This document shows positions 20,095 to 30,770 of a stretch of 64,000 nt of DNA, piece by piece. The notes under the pieces were generated by a model. It was not told the origin of the DNA. It saw only the letters and a program-made list of their open reading frames with translations, and did not search any database. This DNA comes from a virus (lineage: Duplodnaviria; Caudoviricetes): positions 64,001-128,000 of IMG/VR virus record IMGVR_UViG_3300029305_003510. One strand, written 5' to 3'. The first letter of the stretch is position 1; the number at the start of each line of letters is the position of its first letter. A program made the translations under genes and the position numbers.

Positions 20095-22311
20095 GTGATT
20101 TGCGATGATTTATACAGAAAGGAGGAGTATCTGTTGACTTATGATTTTCTCGAGTCTCTATATGCAGATGTACTATCGATTGTAAAAGGTCTGGTGGTAA
20201 AACGCGTAGACCTTGCTCGTGAGAATGAGACTATTGATACGGTCAGAGCATTTGAGACTTATCTGGCCTGTGTAAATGGGACTCGTTATTTTTATACTTT
20301 CAAAGAGTATGAATTGGAAATTTTAGAGAAGTATATGCCGAAAACACAAGCAGTAGCCTGCCATCTGGATGCAAACAAAATCCCAGAGGAGCTGCGCGAG
20401 GCTATTGTGAACGATCAGGCTAAGTATGTATTGGACACATACGTTGAGCGAAATGAATATTACCGAATGCTAATTGGTCTTCCTCGGCTGGATGATACTC
20501 AATGGATATATGTCCGCAATCAAAGAGATATTCCCAGGGATGTGCCGATTCATCAGATGTCGATTGACCAAATTTCTCAGCTTGAAGTTCGAGGAGTATT
20601 AGATCAGTTGAAAGCTGATAATCCCAGTGCAGACTATCTGAATTATCTTGGTGTGAACTCTGTTGATTTGATTGAAGCACGGTTGGCAAAACCCTTTGAA
20701 ATTCTTCGGATGGGTAGTACAACAAATGTTCGAGTAATGGATATGTTCCAGAAGGAGTATTACTTTGCTCGACGTTATATCATGTCTACGATCTATCATA
20801 GAGAACAAATCACTACTAAGACTCTATATGATCCGACGATCGGTGTTTTGATGTTGACGCTGGCTATTCGCAATACATTAGTACCTGATGAAAAAGCTTA
20901 CCTTAATTTTGAAGAGATTCTTGACGCAATTCTGGAATCTTATGGGATGTTAAGGTATTTCCAGAAGTTTCCATTTACTTATAAGCAGAGACTAGTTCTT
21001 GCTATGGACCGTCTGCTGAAAGTAAAAGGAACTGATGGCGTGCTTGTTGATGTCTGTAAGTTGTTTTCGCAGGATGACCTGATTGCTAATCGGTATTTTC
21101 TTATGAAGACACAACCTAAAGACATTGATGGTAATATCAGTTTCACTGGAGATCCAAATCAGGACTATCGTCTTGATTTCATCAGAGCCGAAATTCAAGA
21201 GCATGATATCAATACACAGGAAGAAAATCGACTCTCATATGACACTGTCACTGACAATGACTTTCTTTGGCAGCTTACTCCTGAAGAGAAAGAGGAGATT
21301 CTTCTTACTGATTTTAATCTGATGATGACGAAGTATGTTGACGTAGAAGTTGCATACGAAGTCACGTCCCTTGTATTTGAAGTTTGTTGTTTTATTAATC
21401 TTATCTTGTATGCCAGAGATAACATTGCAAAGGTGACAATGGTCAATACTTATGCAACTTCTGGTAAGTGTACGTTATTCACGATGATGAACTTCCTTTT
21501 GGCTGCTATGGCTAAGAGGGCTCATTTTGATGGAAATATTGTATACGAGCCTACACAGATTGCAGAGATCTGGAGATTCAATTATGATGATATCGAGGAG
21601 CAAGTCCGAGAGATTGTTAATAAGTATGAATTACAGATTGATGTGGACCGTGTCCTGGTTGAAGGATTTGATATGGAACTTGCCAAACCCCTTGGGAGGA
21701 CAGATTCCCCTGATATTCTGTCCATATATGTAAAGAATCGAGCACTCTTCGATGCGATATTGGATGAGATGCATAAAACGAATGATATCCGACAATATAT
21801 TGCGTTATCTAACTGTAAGGATATTTTCTTTACATCTTCTAAGGAGCGTGAAACTTTCATCAAGCTTGATGGGACATATGCAGAAACATACTATGAAATG
21901 TTGGAAGATCTTGATCCAAAATTAGCAAGAAAGCTTGATAGCATCGAAGATGAGGATGCACTGAATGGTCTGCTAGTGTATATTCTGGAGAAGCTGGAAG
22001 ATCTATTTAACTCAGATGAGCTGAAATATCTATTCCTTAATACTCCTACTGTATACGCATCACTGATTGGTCGATATATCCGAATGGCGATTAATGTCTT
22101 CAAGGCGTCTTCCGTCCAGCTTCGCTCTATTAATATTTTCTTCTATCTTGGAGATAGAGATCCTATTCGTGTGATTGATGGTAAAGTTGTACATAAGAAG
22201 TATCCAATCAATGAATGGATTCATGTACAAGATACCGTAAGTACACATAAAACCATATTCCTGAATGAATATATAGCAGTAGGTGATAAGGCCTACGCAA
22301 ATATCGAGTAA
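20095..22311 (+). CDS. Probable virion structural (baseplate-wedge-like) protein
   Basis: 738 aa downstream of an AACA-N4-TATA motif (20070-20081); LKVKGT resembles baseplate wedge KGT motifs; inference only. Confidence 0.55.
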   Translation: MICDDLYRKEEYLLTYDFLESLYADVLSIVKGLVVKRVDLARENETIDTVRAFETYLACVNGTRYFYTFKEYELEILEKYMPKTQAVACHLDANKIPEELREAIVNDQAKYVLDTYVERNEYYRMLIGLPRLDDTQWIYVRNQRDIPRDVPIHQMSIDQISQLEVRGVLDQLKADNPSADYLNYLGVNSVDLIEARLAKPFEILRMGSTTNVRVMDMFQKEYYFARRYIMSTIYHREQITTKTLYDPTIGVLMLTLAIRNTLVPDEKAYLNFEEILDAILESYGMLRYFQKFPFTYKQRLVLAMDRLLKVKGTDGVLVDVCKLFSQDDLIANRYFLMKTQPKDIDGNISFTGDPNQDYRLDFIRAEIQEHDINTQEENRLSYDTVTDNDFLWQLTPEEKEEILLTDFNLMMTKYVDVEVAYEVTSLVFEVCCFINLILYARDNIAKVTMVNTYATSGKCTLFTMMNFLLAAMAKRAHFDGNIVYEPTQIAEIWRFNYDDIEEQVREIVNKYELQIDVDRVLVEGFDMELAKPLGRTDSPDILSIYVKNRALFDAILDEMHKTNDIRQYIALSNCKDIFFTSSKERETFIKLDGTYAETYYEMLEDLDPKLARKLDSIEDEDALNGLLVYILEKLEDLFNSDELKYLFLNTPTVYASLIGRYIRMAINVFKASSVQLRSINIFFYLGDRDPIRVIDGKVVHKKYPINEWIHVQDTVSTHKTIFLNEYIAVGDKAYANIE

Positions 22312-22331
22312 AGAGAGGTGCACAATTACTC

Positions 22332-23219
22332 ATGGCTAATATTAAAATTCGTGGCGATCATATGACCGTGCTTGATACTGTGCATGATGATTCTGGTCGT
22401 CTTTTGGCTGAAGCAAGGCCTCATGAAGTCATTGGCGAGGTGGAAATCATTTTGGCTTCCAAATATGGCGGTAAAACGATTTTCACTCGTTCTCTGAGAC
22501 GCAATGATCTGCTCGTTACTGGTGCAGTATTCTTGTCTGAAAAGGTGAACAATATTCGTTCTACTTTTAAGACTACTCCAATTGATTTGGAGCTCGGTGT
22601 TCACACAATTGAGGAGATCGATACTTCTTCTGATACTGTACCGTTGGAGAAGATCGTTGGCATCATGGTCGGTAATGGTGGTTGTGGTGATACCTATAAT
22701 ACAGTACATAAAGTTCATCGCACGGATCGTACTGTACCCGGCATGCTCCCCCTTCGGGTTGTACCTTTGGAGCATGATCTGGAAGGCGCTACACGCAATC
22801 GTTACCTCCTGCGTGTAGTAAAGGGCGACTATGCTTATTACTACGGTAAGAAGTTTACCGTTGAGCGTGAGATCAATGTCCAATATGAAGATGGCACGAC
22901 CGTTCCTACAAACGTAGATATCATCGGCGATTCTAACGGGAAGTATATCAAGACTTTCACTAAGTATTCTGCGACATTGGATGAGACGGATATTCGTGAA
23001 GGTTTTAAGATCAGTCAGGGAAGTACCATGCGGTCGTTGGTAAATTCTGTTGGTCTGATGACAGGTTATATCGGAGAGGCGTCTGATTCCAAAGAAAAGG
23101 GCGGAAATGTTGAGGAAGTCTTCAATGCCCGAATGATGACTACTCTGAACATGGAGAACAATGAATTGAAAGATTCTGAGGCGACAGTTACTTTTATCTA
23201 TCGTCTCTATTTCACTTAA
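22332..23219 (+). CDS. Probable virion structural (baseplate/tail) protein
   Basis: 295-aa beta-rich ORF in the late operon; IMVGNGG motif. Confidence 0.55.
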   Translation: MANIKIRGDHMTVLDTVHDDSGRLLAEARPHEVIGEVEIILASKYGGKTIFTRSLRRNDLLVTGAVFLSEKVNNIRSTFKTTPIDLELGVHTIEEIDTSSDTVPLEKIVGIMVGNGGCGDTYNTVHKVHRTDRTVPGMLPLRVVPLEHDLEGATRNRYLLRVVKGDYAYYYGKKFTVEREINVQYEDGTTVPTNVDIIGDSNGKYIKTFTKYSATLDETDIREGFKISQGSTMRSLVNSVGLMTGYIGEASDSKEKGGNVEEVFNARMMTTLNMENNELKDSEATVTFIYRLYFT

Positions 23220-23236
23220 TGAGGAGGGATTGACCA

Positions 23237-24481
23237 ATGGCGGAAAGGATTCTCAACGAGGCTCAGCAGAAAGAGCTGTTCCGCCTCATCGGTGATCCTG
23301 AAAAGTTGGATGCTCATATCATTGCAAATTTATTTGCTTATATGAAAGATGGCGGTATTAAGTATCATCCTGATGATATTATTACCATTGGACCAAATGA
23401 GTCGAAGTTTGTAAAACCCAATACGAAGACTACAATCGGTATCTATCTAGCAAATAAGTATATCTGGGAAGATCTGGCCATCTTCGGGTATATCAATAAA
23501 CCCGTTACTGGCAAGGTAAATGGCAAGATTGATACCGCAATGGCAAAAGCTTTGATGTCTGGTGATATTACACGGGAGCAATATGGTCGTTATATTGATC
23601 GTACACAGTGGTTATATGGTGGTCCTCTTGCTTTTATTATCAATACTTCCTTATCGGAAACTTTGATCACTCTTCCTCCGGCTGCTAAAGCTCAGAAGAA
23701 GAAGCTCCTTGAAGAAAATCGAGAAGGCATTGAAGCGAATGATCCTCAGGTGTCTACTCATATTGAACATGAAGTTGTTAAGACTGCATTGGATGAAATG
23801 AGGAAAAAGAATGACCCTGCTATGGCATTGTTTGATGCCGGTTGCGGTATTGATCCATATAACCAATATAAGACAATTATGGTTATGAAGGGTGCTGTTC
23901 AGGATAATACAGGCGAATCTCCTACGGGATATAAGGTCATTACATCTAACTATGATACCGGTATCACTAAAGAAGATATGCCGAAAATCGCTGATACAGT
24001 TGTTACGTCATCCTATTCTTCTGGCGTTGCTACACAGGACTCCGGTACAAACGGAAAGAAATATAACGCTTTGTTTCAGCGAGTTCGACTTCAAAAGCGC
24101 GGTTCTGATTGTAGCACAACCGAGACGATTGCCGTTGATATCACAAAGGATAATGCAGACGACTATACCTGGCGGTATATCGTCGAAGGTAGTTCTAACG
24201 GTAGTAAGGGCAAACTTGTGATGCTTACTCCAGAAAATATTGACTCCTACATCGGCAAGACAGTAAAGATGCGCACCGGTATCTACTGTAAGGCGAAAGA
24301 CCCTGAGTATTGTTCTTGCTGTATTGGCGACAGACCATATCGTATCGGTGTGCGTAATATTGGGTTTACGTTTATGACTATTTCAGGCTCTACCTTAAAT
24401 GCTTCCTTGAAGCGTAAACATGACGTAAGCGTGAAGTTATATCCGATACAGATATCCGATGTGATGAAATATGTGATGTAA
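23237..24481 (+). CDS. Phage RNA polymerase beta'-like subunit, C-terminal part
   Basis: MVMKG, SNYDTG, bridge-helix-like TQDSG, DCSTT, and Zn site RTGIYC...YCSCCIG, all corresponding to RpoC C-terminal motifs. Confidence 0.85.
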   Translation: MAERILNEAQQKELFRLIGDPEKLDAHIIANLFAYMKDGGIKYHPDDIITIGPNESKFVKPNTKTTIGIYLANKYIWEDLAIFGYINKPVTGKVNGKIDTAMAKALMSGDITREQYGRYIDRTQWLYGGPLAFIINTSLSETLITLPPAAKAQKKKLLEENREGIEANDPQVSTHIEHEVVKTALDEMRKKNDPAMALFDAGCGIDPYNQYKTIMVMKGAVQDNTGESPTGYKVITSNYDTGITKEDMPKIADTVVTSSYSSGVATQDSGTNGKKYNALFQRVRLQKRGSDCSTTETIAVDITKDNADDYTWRYIVEGSSNGSKGKLVMLTPENIDSYIGKTVKMRTGIYCKAKDPEYCSCCIGDRPYRIGVRNIGFTFMTISGSTLNASLKRKHDVSVKLYPIQISDVMKYVM

Positions 24482-24980
24482 TAAATCCCCACTGGTCTTA
24501 ATTGATCAGTGGGGTAACATTTTGTATGAAAGGCGGAGAAAAAGAATCGGATGAAGGTTACCGATTCTTTGAGATGTGTTATGTTGATGGAAGTTATCCG
24601 ACAACAATGCGACCCATATTGCCATATAAAGGCTCAGGACCAGGTTTACGATATTCAACAACAGGGAGCTCATCACTCAAATCTGTGTTGAAATTGTCGA
24701 TTTTCATGTGTTCACAACATTCTTTTAAATGCATAAACGTCTCGACCAATCATTCCATCGAAGGATATTCCGCGTTGGTTCCCATAATATCTCCTCCTTT
24801 CATACATAAAATGGAGAGAGGGTAGTGTCAGTACCCTCTCTCCATGCCTTCATTATTATAGTATATATGCGAAAGTTATGTTAAATTGGAAAAGTGCAGA
24901 GAGCCCAAATTGGGCTCTCTATTTTATTCTTAGCAGTTTCCTAACTTAGGTATAACACCCACTCGAAGGAGGTAATTATA

Positions 24981-25646
24981 TTGCTTGCGCACAAGGTAAA
25001 TGAAGATGCACGACTGTTTTTCTTTGAGGTAAAATATCCTGAAGAATACGGTGTATGGTACCCCACATATGATCAGGATATCGAATATCTGAAATCTCGA
25101 ATCCTGACTTATCGTTCCGCTCATACGACTGAGATGGATATGGAGACCAGTCAGTATTATGAAGGTGCAAAAACGCTCATTGAAGTTTTCGATCTGTTCA
25201 TGGCTACCGGCATCGCAACTATCTGTAAAGATATGAATGTACTGATCGAGAATATCAAAGAGCCGGAACATTTTGATCATGCAGAAGTTCAGTTTCATAT
25301 GATCTATGATCAAACACAGGTTGATGATAACGGGAAAATGACAAGTTCTGCTAAAGGTGATTATAAAATCACTCTTATCTATACTCGTGAAACCAATAAT
25401 CCCTGTGGTATTTTCCTGATCTATGGAGAGAATCTCGATAATGGTAATACCTTTACCGTTGGAGATACTCTGGTATCTAAAATCGGGCTGACTACTGATC
25501 ATTTAAACTGGTTGGACGAGGGTGCAAAATGTTTTCCTGCTGGTCCGATTCTGAAGTATAGTGAGAACTTTCCTATATATGCTACACTAGCTAATCAGAT
25601 CATGGATCGTCTGAAGGATACGTTAGATATTATTGTGTATGATTAA
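24981..25646 (+). CDS. Hypothetical protein
   Basis: 221 aa, AAGGAGGT RBS, TTG start. Confidence 0.8.
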   Translation: MLAHKVNEDARLFFFEVKYPEEYGVWYPTYDQDIEYLKSRILTYRSAHTTEMDMETSQYYEGAKTLIEVFDLFMATGIATICKDMNVLIENIKEPEHFDHAEVQFHMIYDQTQVDDNGKMTSSAKGDYKITLIYTRETNNPCGIFLIYGENLDNGNTFTVGDTLVSKIGLTTDHLNWLDEGAKCFPAGPILKYSENFPIYATLANQIMDRLKDTLDIIVYD

Positions 25647-25663
25647 TAAGAATTGAGAGGTGA

Positions 25664-26383
25664 ATGGTTTTGACTGATATGAAGTCGATTACAGTCATTA
25701 AACGTGATGGTCGTGAGGTTGAATTCAATTACGATCGTATTACGAAAGCTATCAAGTCAGCAATGATTGCTGTGAATCCGCAGGGTTATATTAATGGTAT
25801 TCCAGTTGAGCTTGCTGCTGCGAATGTCAAAGACGATGTTGTTTACGATATCGAGAAGTCCTTGCGATCTGATGCAGATAAAAAGATCACTGTAGAAGCA
25901 ATCCAGGATCTCGTTGAAGAAGCTCTTATTCGTTTAGGCTATTCTGATATTGCCAGAGCGTACATCATCTATAGACAGAATCGTAATCGTGCACGCAATT
26001 ATAAATCTGATATGATGAATATTATGCGTGAGATTACATATTCTGATGCTGTTGATGCTGATATTAAACGCGAGAATGGTAATATCAATGCTGACTCTCC
26101 TATGGGAGCTATGCTCAAGTATGGTTCTGAAGTATCCAAACAGTTTGCGCATCAGGATCTTCTTACACCCGAACATAGCAAGGCTCATATGGAGGGAGAC
26201 TGTCAAATACATGATTTGGATTTCCTTGCTACTGGTACATTGACTTGTAATCAGATTGATATTATCGAACTTTTTAAGGATGGGTTTTCTACAGGGCACG
26301 GATATCTTAGAGAACCTGGTTCGATTCGATCTTATGCAGCTCTTGCATGTATTGCGATTCAGGCAGAGCAGAATGATATGCAT
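25664..26383 (+). CDS. nrdD: Class III (anaerobic) ribonucleoside-triphosphate reductase, exon 1 (ATP cone and N-terminus)
   Basis: VIKRDG ATP cone, RENGNIN, IHDLDF, TCNQID, QAEQNDMH; joins in frame to GGQSIPNF at 27457. Confidence 0.95.
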
Positions 26384-27456
26384 TTCGGTGTGTAAATTTA
26401 CATTATTTCATTTTGATTAATGTAATATTTATATAATGTGGTGCCGCCATATAGGAAACTTATGGTGGAAACTCCGTAAACCTGTGATCCGCAGGGTGTG
26501 AAGATAACGAATAGTTACATCAGGAAATGGGTGTTTAATATCTTTGCTAACCGGGAACTGCAAGTGTGACGACTTGTTAATCCGGTGCCACGTTCAAATT
26601 TATTTATACCATCACATTCATATTCTATAGGAAAGGAGGGTGCATTATGAGCAAAGTTCAGGTTAATACATTATGGTCATTGGAAAACATAAAAGACCAA
26701 TACATATTTGATACTGAAACTCTTGATATTACAAATATATGGAGTGGCAGAATTATTTCTGTGTATATAGATAAACGTGGATATCCTGCTGTATCTATGA
26801 GTTTGAAAAATCCAACAAAAACTGGCAGAAGATATGCTAATGTAAAATATCATAAAATTATTGCATTAGCATGTATAAACAATGGTCCATATAAGCTCAT
26901 TGAACATCTTGATGATAATCCATTAAACTTTCATCCGAGCAATCTTAAGTTTTCAACTCAAACCGAAAATGCAAAAACTATGCGTGCAAATGGAATCAAT
27001 AATCATATTGATTCAATCTTTGAGTTGATGCTAACAGATGGAACGAAGTATATTGGAACAACAAAAGAGATTTCAGAGCAAAGCGGTATTCGCAGAGGCG
27101 CCATATATGATAAGATGTATCAGCGATATGATAAATCTCATACAAGGACTCAGCGAAAATATAATATACAACACGTTAAACTTCTCTATTCTGGGAATGA
27201 GCGGAGGAACGCTACAAAGAAAGAAAAGGTGCTACGGGAAAGGGATAGTGATGGGTTCCTTATCCTACATAGAATTAATAATTTGAACAGGTTCAGAGAC
27301 TAACGAAAGGATAGCCGGCGCATAAGGTTTGAGTCTTATCAACTCTTAACGGCGAGTAACCGAGTAGTGTTAGCTCCGAGATGGATACGGGAGCGAAAAT
27401 GGAGGGCCCTAACTAGGTGAAGCTAGAGGGCTGAGATATAGTCCGTTGGCCCGACG
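26384..27456 (+). mobile_element. Group I intron in nrdD
   Basis: P1 AUGCAU-UUCG-GUGUGU with U.G at the 5' splice site; R element TCAGAGACTA (~27293); S element GAGATATAGTCC (~27433); terminal G at 27456; removal restores NDMH|GGQS. Confidence 0.92.
26647..27303 (+). CDS. Intron-encoded HNH homing endonuclease
   Basis: KRGY...YHKIIALACI...IEHLDDNPLNFHPSNLKFSTQTEN; lies inside the intron and its stop overlaps the R element. Confidence 0.9.
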   Translation: MSKVQVNTLWSLENIKDQYIFDTETLDITNIWSGRIISVYIDKRGYPAVSMSLKNPTKTGRRYANVKYHKIIALACINNGPYKLIEHLDDNPLNFHPSNLKFSTQTENAKTMRANGINNHIDSIFELMLTDGTKYIGTTKEISEQSGIRRGAIYDKMYQRYDKSHTRTQRKYNIQHVKLLYSGNERRNATKKEKVLRERDSDGFLILHRINNLNRFRD

Positions 27457-29151
27457 GGTGGGCAATCTATACCAAACTTTGAATACGGTCTTGCAATCGG
27501 TGTGCATAAAAGTTTTCGCAAGGCTATTATTCAGAAAATTCTTGATTATCTCAATATCATTGCAGGCATTGAGTATCAGTCTTTGAAGACTGAAATTAAA
27601 GCCAGTGTTGATCACTACATTGCTAATGGTGTCAAGCTGAATGAGTATGTTGCGGAAGAAAACATGTCCAAGGATCCTTCTAGGATTATAGCAATCTCTG
27701 ATATTATTCGCAATTATACCAATACGGATATTAGTTTTGATACGGCTAGCAATATTCTTAAAAGTGCAATTCGGACTGTTGTTGATGAAACACATCAGGC
27801 CACTGAAGCTGTTATCCATAATCTTAACAGTATGCATTCTCGTGCTGGCGCACAGGTACCATTTTCTTCTTTGAACTATGGCACGGATACCACAGATGCT
27901 GGTAGACTTGTTATTAGAGAAACTTTGAATGCTGTAAATGAAGGTCTCGGTAACGGTGAAACGGCAATCTTCCCCATCTCTATTTTCCGAGTAAAAGATG
28001 GAATCAATTTTAAACCCGGGGATCCTAATTACGATCTCTATAGATATTCTATGGAGGTTACTGCTAAGAGACTATTCCCGAATTATGAGTTTCTTGATGC
28101 ACCGTTCAATCTGCAGTATTATGTAGAAGGTAAACCTGAAACATACGTTGCTACGATGGGATGTAGGACTCGTGTTATGGGCAATATCAACGGTCCTGAG
28201 ATCTCTCATGGTCGTGGTAATCTGTCTTTTACAACCATCAACCTTCCCCGTCTTGCGATCAAGGCTGAAAAGAATATTGATAAATTCTTTGATGAGCTTG
28301 CTCATATGCTTCAGCTCGTCGAAGAACAGTTATATTTAAGATATAAATACCAGAGTACAAAGAAAGTTCTTAATTTCCCATTCCTTATGGGTGAGAGTCT
28401 TTGGTTGGATTCTGATAAACTTGAATACAATGATAGCGTGAAGGAAGTTCTCAAGCATGGCACATTAAGTATTGGGTTTATCGGCCTCGCCGAGGCTCTG
28501 GTAGCTTTGATTGGTAAGCATCATGGTGAGTCCAAAGAAGCTCAAGAACTCGGTCTTAAGATCATTGGGTTTATGCGCAAGTGGTGTGATGATGCAAGTC
28601 AGAGACATTACTTAAACTACAGTCTTCTGCAAACCCCGGCCGAAGGGCTTTCTGGAAGATTTACTCGTCTTGATAGAAAACGCTATGGCATTATTCCCGG
28701 TGTAACTGATAGAGAATACTATACTAATTCGAGTCATGTACCCGTTTACTATGAGATTAATGCTTTTGATAAGATTGCTATCGAAGCGCCATATCATGCT
28801 CTGTGTAATGCAGGACATATTGCATATATCGAGATGGATGGAGATCCCAGTAAGAATGTCGATGCAATCGAGCAGATTCTTGCCCATATGAAGAATTGTG
28901 GTATCGGATATGGATCTATCAACCATCCTGTCGACTATGATCCTGTCTGTGGTTACACTGGTATCATTGATGATGTATGCCCTCGCTGTGGTAGACGCGA
29001 AGGTGAACCTGTGGCAGTAGATAAGCTTCGTCATCTGGGTGTGTGGAAGCATCATGCAGCGGATCCGATTGCATATCGTCCGGATCCCAACGAGGAAGCT
29101 GATAAAATTCCAAATATTTTCGTATACACACCGAAGAAGGAGAATGAATGA
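27457..29151 (+). CDS. nrdD: Class III ribonucleotide reductase, exon 2 (no glycyl-radical loop)
   Basis: SRAGAQVPFSSLNYG, FPISIF, MGCRT, RGNLSFTTINLPR, TPAEGLSGRF, YYTNS, DPVCG...CPRCG; no RxxGY motif. Confidence 0.95.
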   Translation, partial: GGQSIPNFEYGLAIGVHKSFRKAIIQKILDYLNIIAGIEYQSLKTEIKASVDHYIANGVKLNEYVAEENMSKDPSRIIAISDIIRNYTNTDISFDTASNILKSAIRTVVDETHQATEAVIHNLNSMHSRAGAQVPFSSLNYGTDTTDAGRLVIRETLNAVNEGLGNGETAIFPISIFRVKDGINFKPGDPNYDLYRYSMEVTAKRLFPNYEFLDAPFNLQYYVEGKPETYVATMGCRTRVMGNINGPEISHGRGNLSFTTINLPRLAIKAEKNIDKFFDELAHMLQLVEEQLYLRYKYQSTKKVLNFPFLMGESLWLDSDKLEYNDSVKEVLKHGTLSIGFIGLAEALVALIGKHHGESKEAQELGLKIIGFMRKWCDDASQRHYLNYSLLQTPAEGLSGRFTRLDRKRYGIIPGVTDREYYTNSSHVPVYYEINAFDKIAIEAPYHALCNAGHIAYIEMDGDPSKNVDAIEQILAHMKNCGIGYGSINHPVDYDPVCGYTGIIDDVCPRCGRREGEPVAVDKLRHLGVWKHHAADPIAYRPDPNEEADKIPNIFVYTPKKENE

Positions 29152-29666
29152 GTAAGATCAGAGTAGCGGGTGTGATTGAGAATTCTACTGTTGACGGCCC
29201 CGGATTCCGCACAGTAATTTTTACTCAAGGATGTCCGCATCATTGTGAAGGGTGTCATAATCCGGAAACCTGGTCTTGTGATGGTGGGACTTTAATTGAA
29301 GTGAAAGATCTTGCTGATCTTATCATGAAAAATCCATATTGTACTGCAATCACATTATCTGGTGGCGAACCAATGAGTCAAGCTGCTGAATTGTGTGAAT
29401 TGTTGGATGTGTTTGAAAGTGCTGGTAAGAGCTATCATGTGATGACTTTTACTGGATATACATTTGAACACCTGTGGGATAGTGGTTCCAACCACATGAA
29501 AGAACTAATTTCTCGATCTGATCTAGTGGTCGATGGGCCATTCATTATGACTGAGAAATCGTTGGAATTGTACTACCGAGGTTCGCGGAATCAACGAATT
29601 TTGGAAGGAAAGTCCTCGATCATGTTAGGTCGGCCGGTGCTTGCAAAGATCGGAGATCAGATCTAG
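29148..29666 (+). CDS. nrdG: Anaerobic RNR activating enzyme (radical SAM)
   Basis: VDGPGFR, GCPHHCEGCHN, LSGGEP, VDGPF, RGSRNQR. Confidence 0.96.
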   Translation: MSKIRVAGVIENSTVDGPGFRTVIFTQGCPHHCEGCHNPETWSCDGGTLIEVKDLADLIMKNPYCTAITLSGGEPMSQAAELCELLDVFESAGKSYHVMTFTGYTFEHLWDSGSNHMKELISRSDLVVDGPFIMTEKSLELYYRGSRNQRILEGKSSIMLGRPVLAKIGDQI

Positions 29667-29706
29667 AAAGACTTATAAATTCTACTTCGAAGGAGTGTTT
29701 TGCTAC

Positions 29707-29784
29707 ATGAAGACTTTTGTAAGAAATGGTATTGAAATGGTTGGCGAAGGAGTTCGCTTTGATCGTATCAGGCGTGTTACCGGT
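29707..29784 (+). CDS. Stand-alone NrdD glycyl-radical domain, exon 1
   Basis: AAGGAG RBS; MKTFVRNGIEMVGEGVRFDRIRRVTG ends at GGT immediately before the intron. Confidence 0.85.
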
Positions 29785-30770
29785 TGACCTACCAAATAGG
29801 CCGGTGCCCATGGTGACATGGGGCAATAAAATCCATTAAACTGTCGGGGACGATCCTTAGAGCTCTGAATACTAAGTATATGCAGTGATGTATATATGGC
29901 AAAGTGTAACGGCTTTGGTATAGTAACAACGTCAGAGATTGGACAATCCGCAGCGAAACCTCTGTTTATTTCAGAGGGACGTTCAACGATTATAATATGG
30001 AGAGTTTAGCTATGAGTAAAAAACCAGAAATAAAACCTACTGATAATGAAATTGAATATGTTACAGAATGGTATGGTATAAAGAAGGCTGCAGAAATTGC
30101 GGATGATCTTGAAATCTCTGTGAATCGTGTATATAATATTTGCAGATTTATAGGATTTAAACATTTAAATCGCAATTTCCTAATAATGTATGATCAGGAG
30201 CAAATTATCCTCGGTGGAATTCTCGGTGATGGTAATATTAAACGCAATGGTAGTAATTATTACTATCGAGAATCTCATTCCGAAAAAGAGAAAGAATACT
30301 GCTACTGGAAATTTAAGATGCTAGAAAACTTGGCGTCTAAACGAGGGTTCGGTATTTCCGATAAACGTGATGGACAATATGGTTTTCAAACAATAAACTC
30401 ACCAGCATTTAAGAAATATAAGAAAATGTCTAAAAGTGAGGTTATTGATAACTTAGATATACTAGGGGCTTTGGTATATTTTCTCGATGATGGATGGATG
30501 AAATCTACCGGGTTTTGTTTGTCTACAGGCATACTCGATGAAAATGAGCGTGAATTATTAAAGGCCAAACTTGATAAACTATTTAGAATCGATTGTCACC
30601 TTATTGGCAATGAGACTTTATCAGTAACAAAGAAAGATATTATTAAGTTAATTAAAGCGTTTAAGAAGTATATCCCTCATAACATTGATGTATACAGGAA
30701 GAAAGTGCAGCCGCTCATAGATAAATTTAAGGTATAATCTAATCCTCCCAGAAATGGAAGGCAGCCAATG
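29785..30770 (+). mobile_element. Group I intron inserted after the glycyl-radical Gly codon
   Basis: P1 ACCGGU/GCCGGU with U.G pair; P/Q-like CTGTCGGGGA and AATCCGCAGC; P7 GATTA/TAATC; terminal G at 30770; removal restores RVTG|YLVG. Confidence 0.9.
29997..30737 (+). CDS. Intron-encoded LAGLIDADG homing endonuclease
   Basis: IILGGILGDG and LVYFLDDG motifs, N-terminal HTH-like segment; inside the intron. Confidence 0.9.
   Translation: MESLAMSKKPEIKPTDNEIEYVTEWYGIKKAAEIADDLEISVNRVYNICRFIGFKHLNRNFLIMYDQEQIILGGILGDGNIKRNGSNYYYRESHSEKEKEYCYWKFKMLENLASKRGFGISDKRDGQYGFQTINSPAFKKYKKMSKSEVIDNLDILGALVYFLDDGWMKSTGFCLSTGILDENERELLKAKLDKLFRIDCHLIGNETLSVTKKDIIKLIKAFKKYIPHNIDVYRKKVQPLIDKFKV

Noticed and set aside
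19857-20108. 83-aa hydrophobic ORF
   Set aside because: Weak RBS, and it runs through a terminator hairpin and the next promoter; cannot be supported, although a small peptide or sRNA here is not excluded.
24502-24825. 107-aa plus-strand ORF
   Set aside because: Starts inside a terminator hairpin without an RBS; expression signals favour the minus strand.
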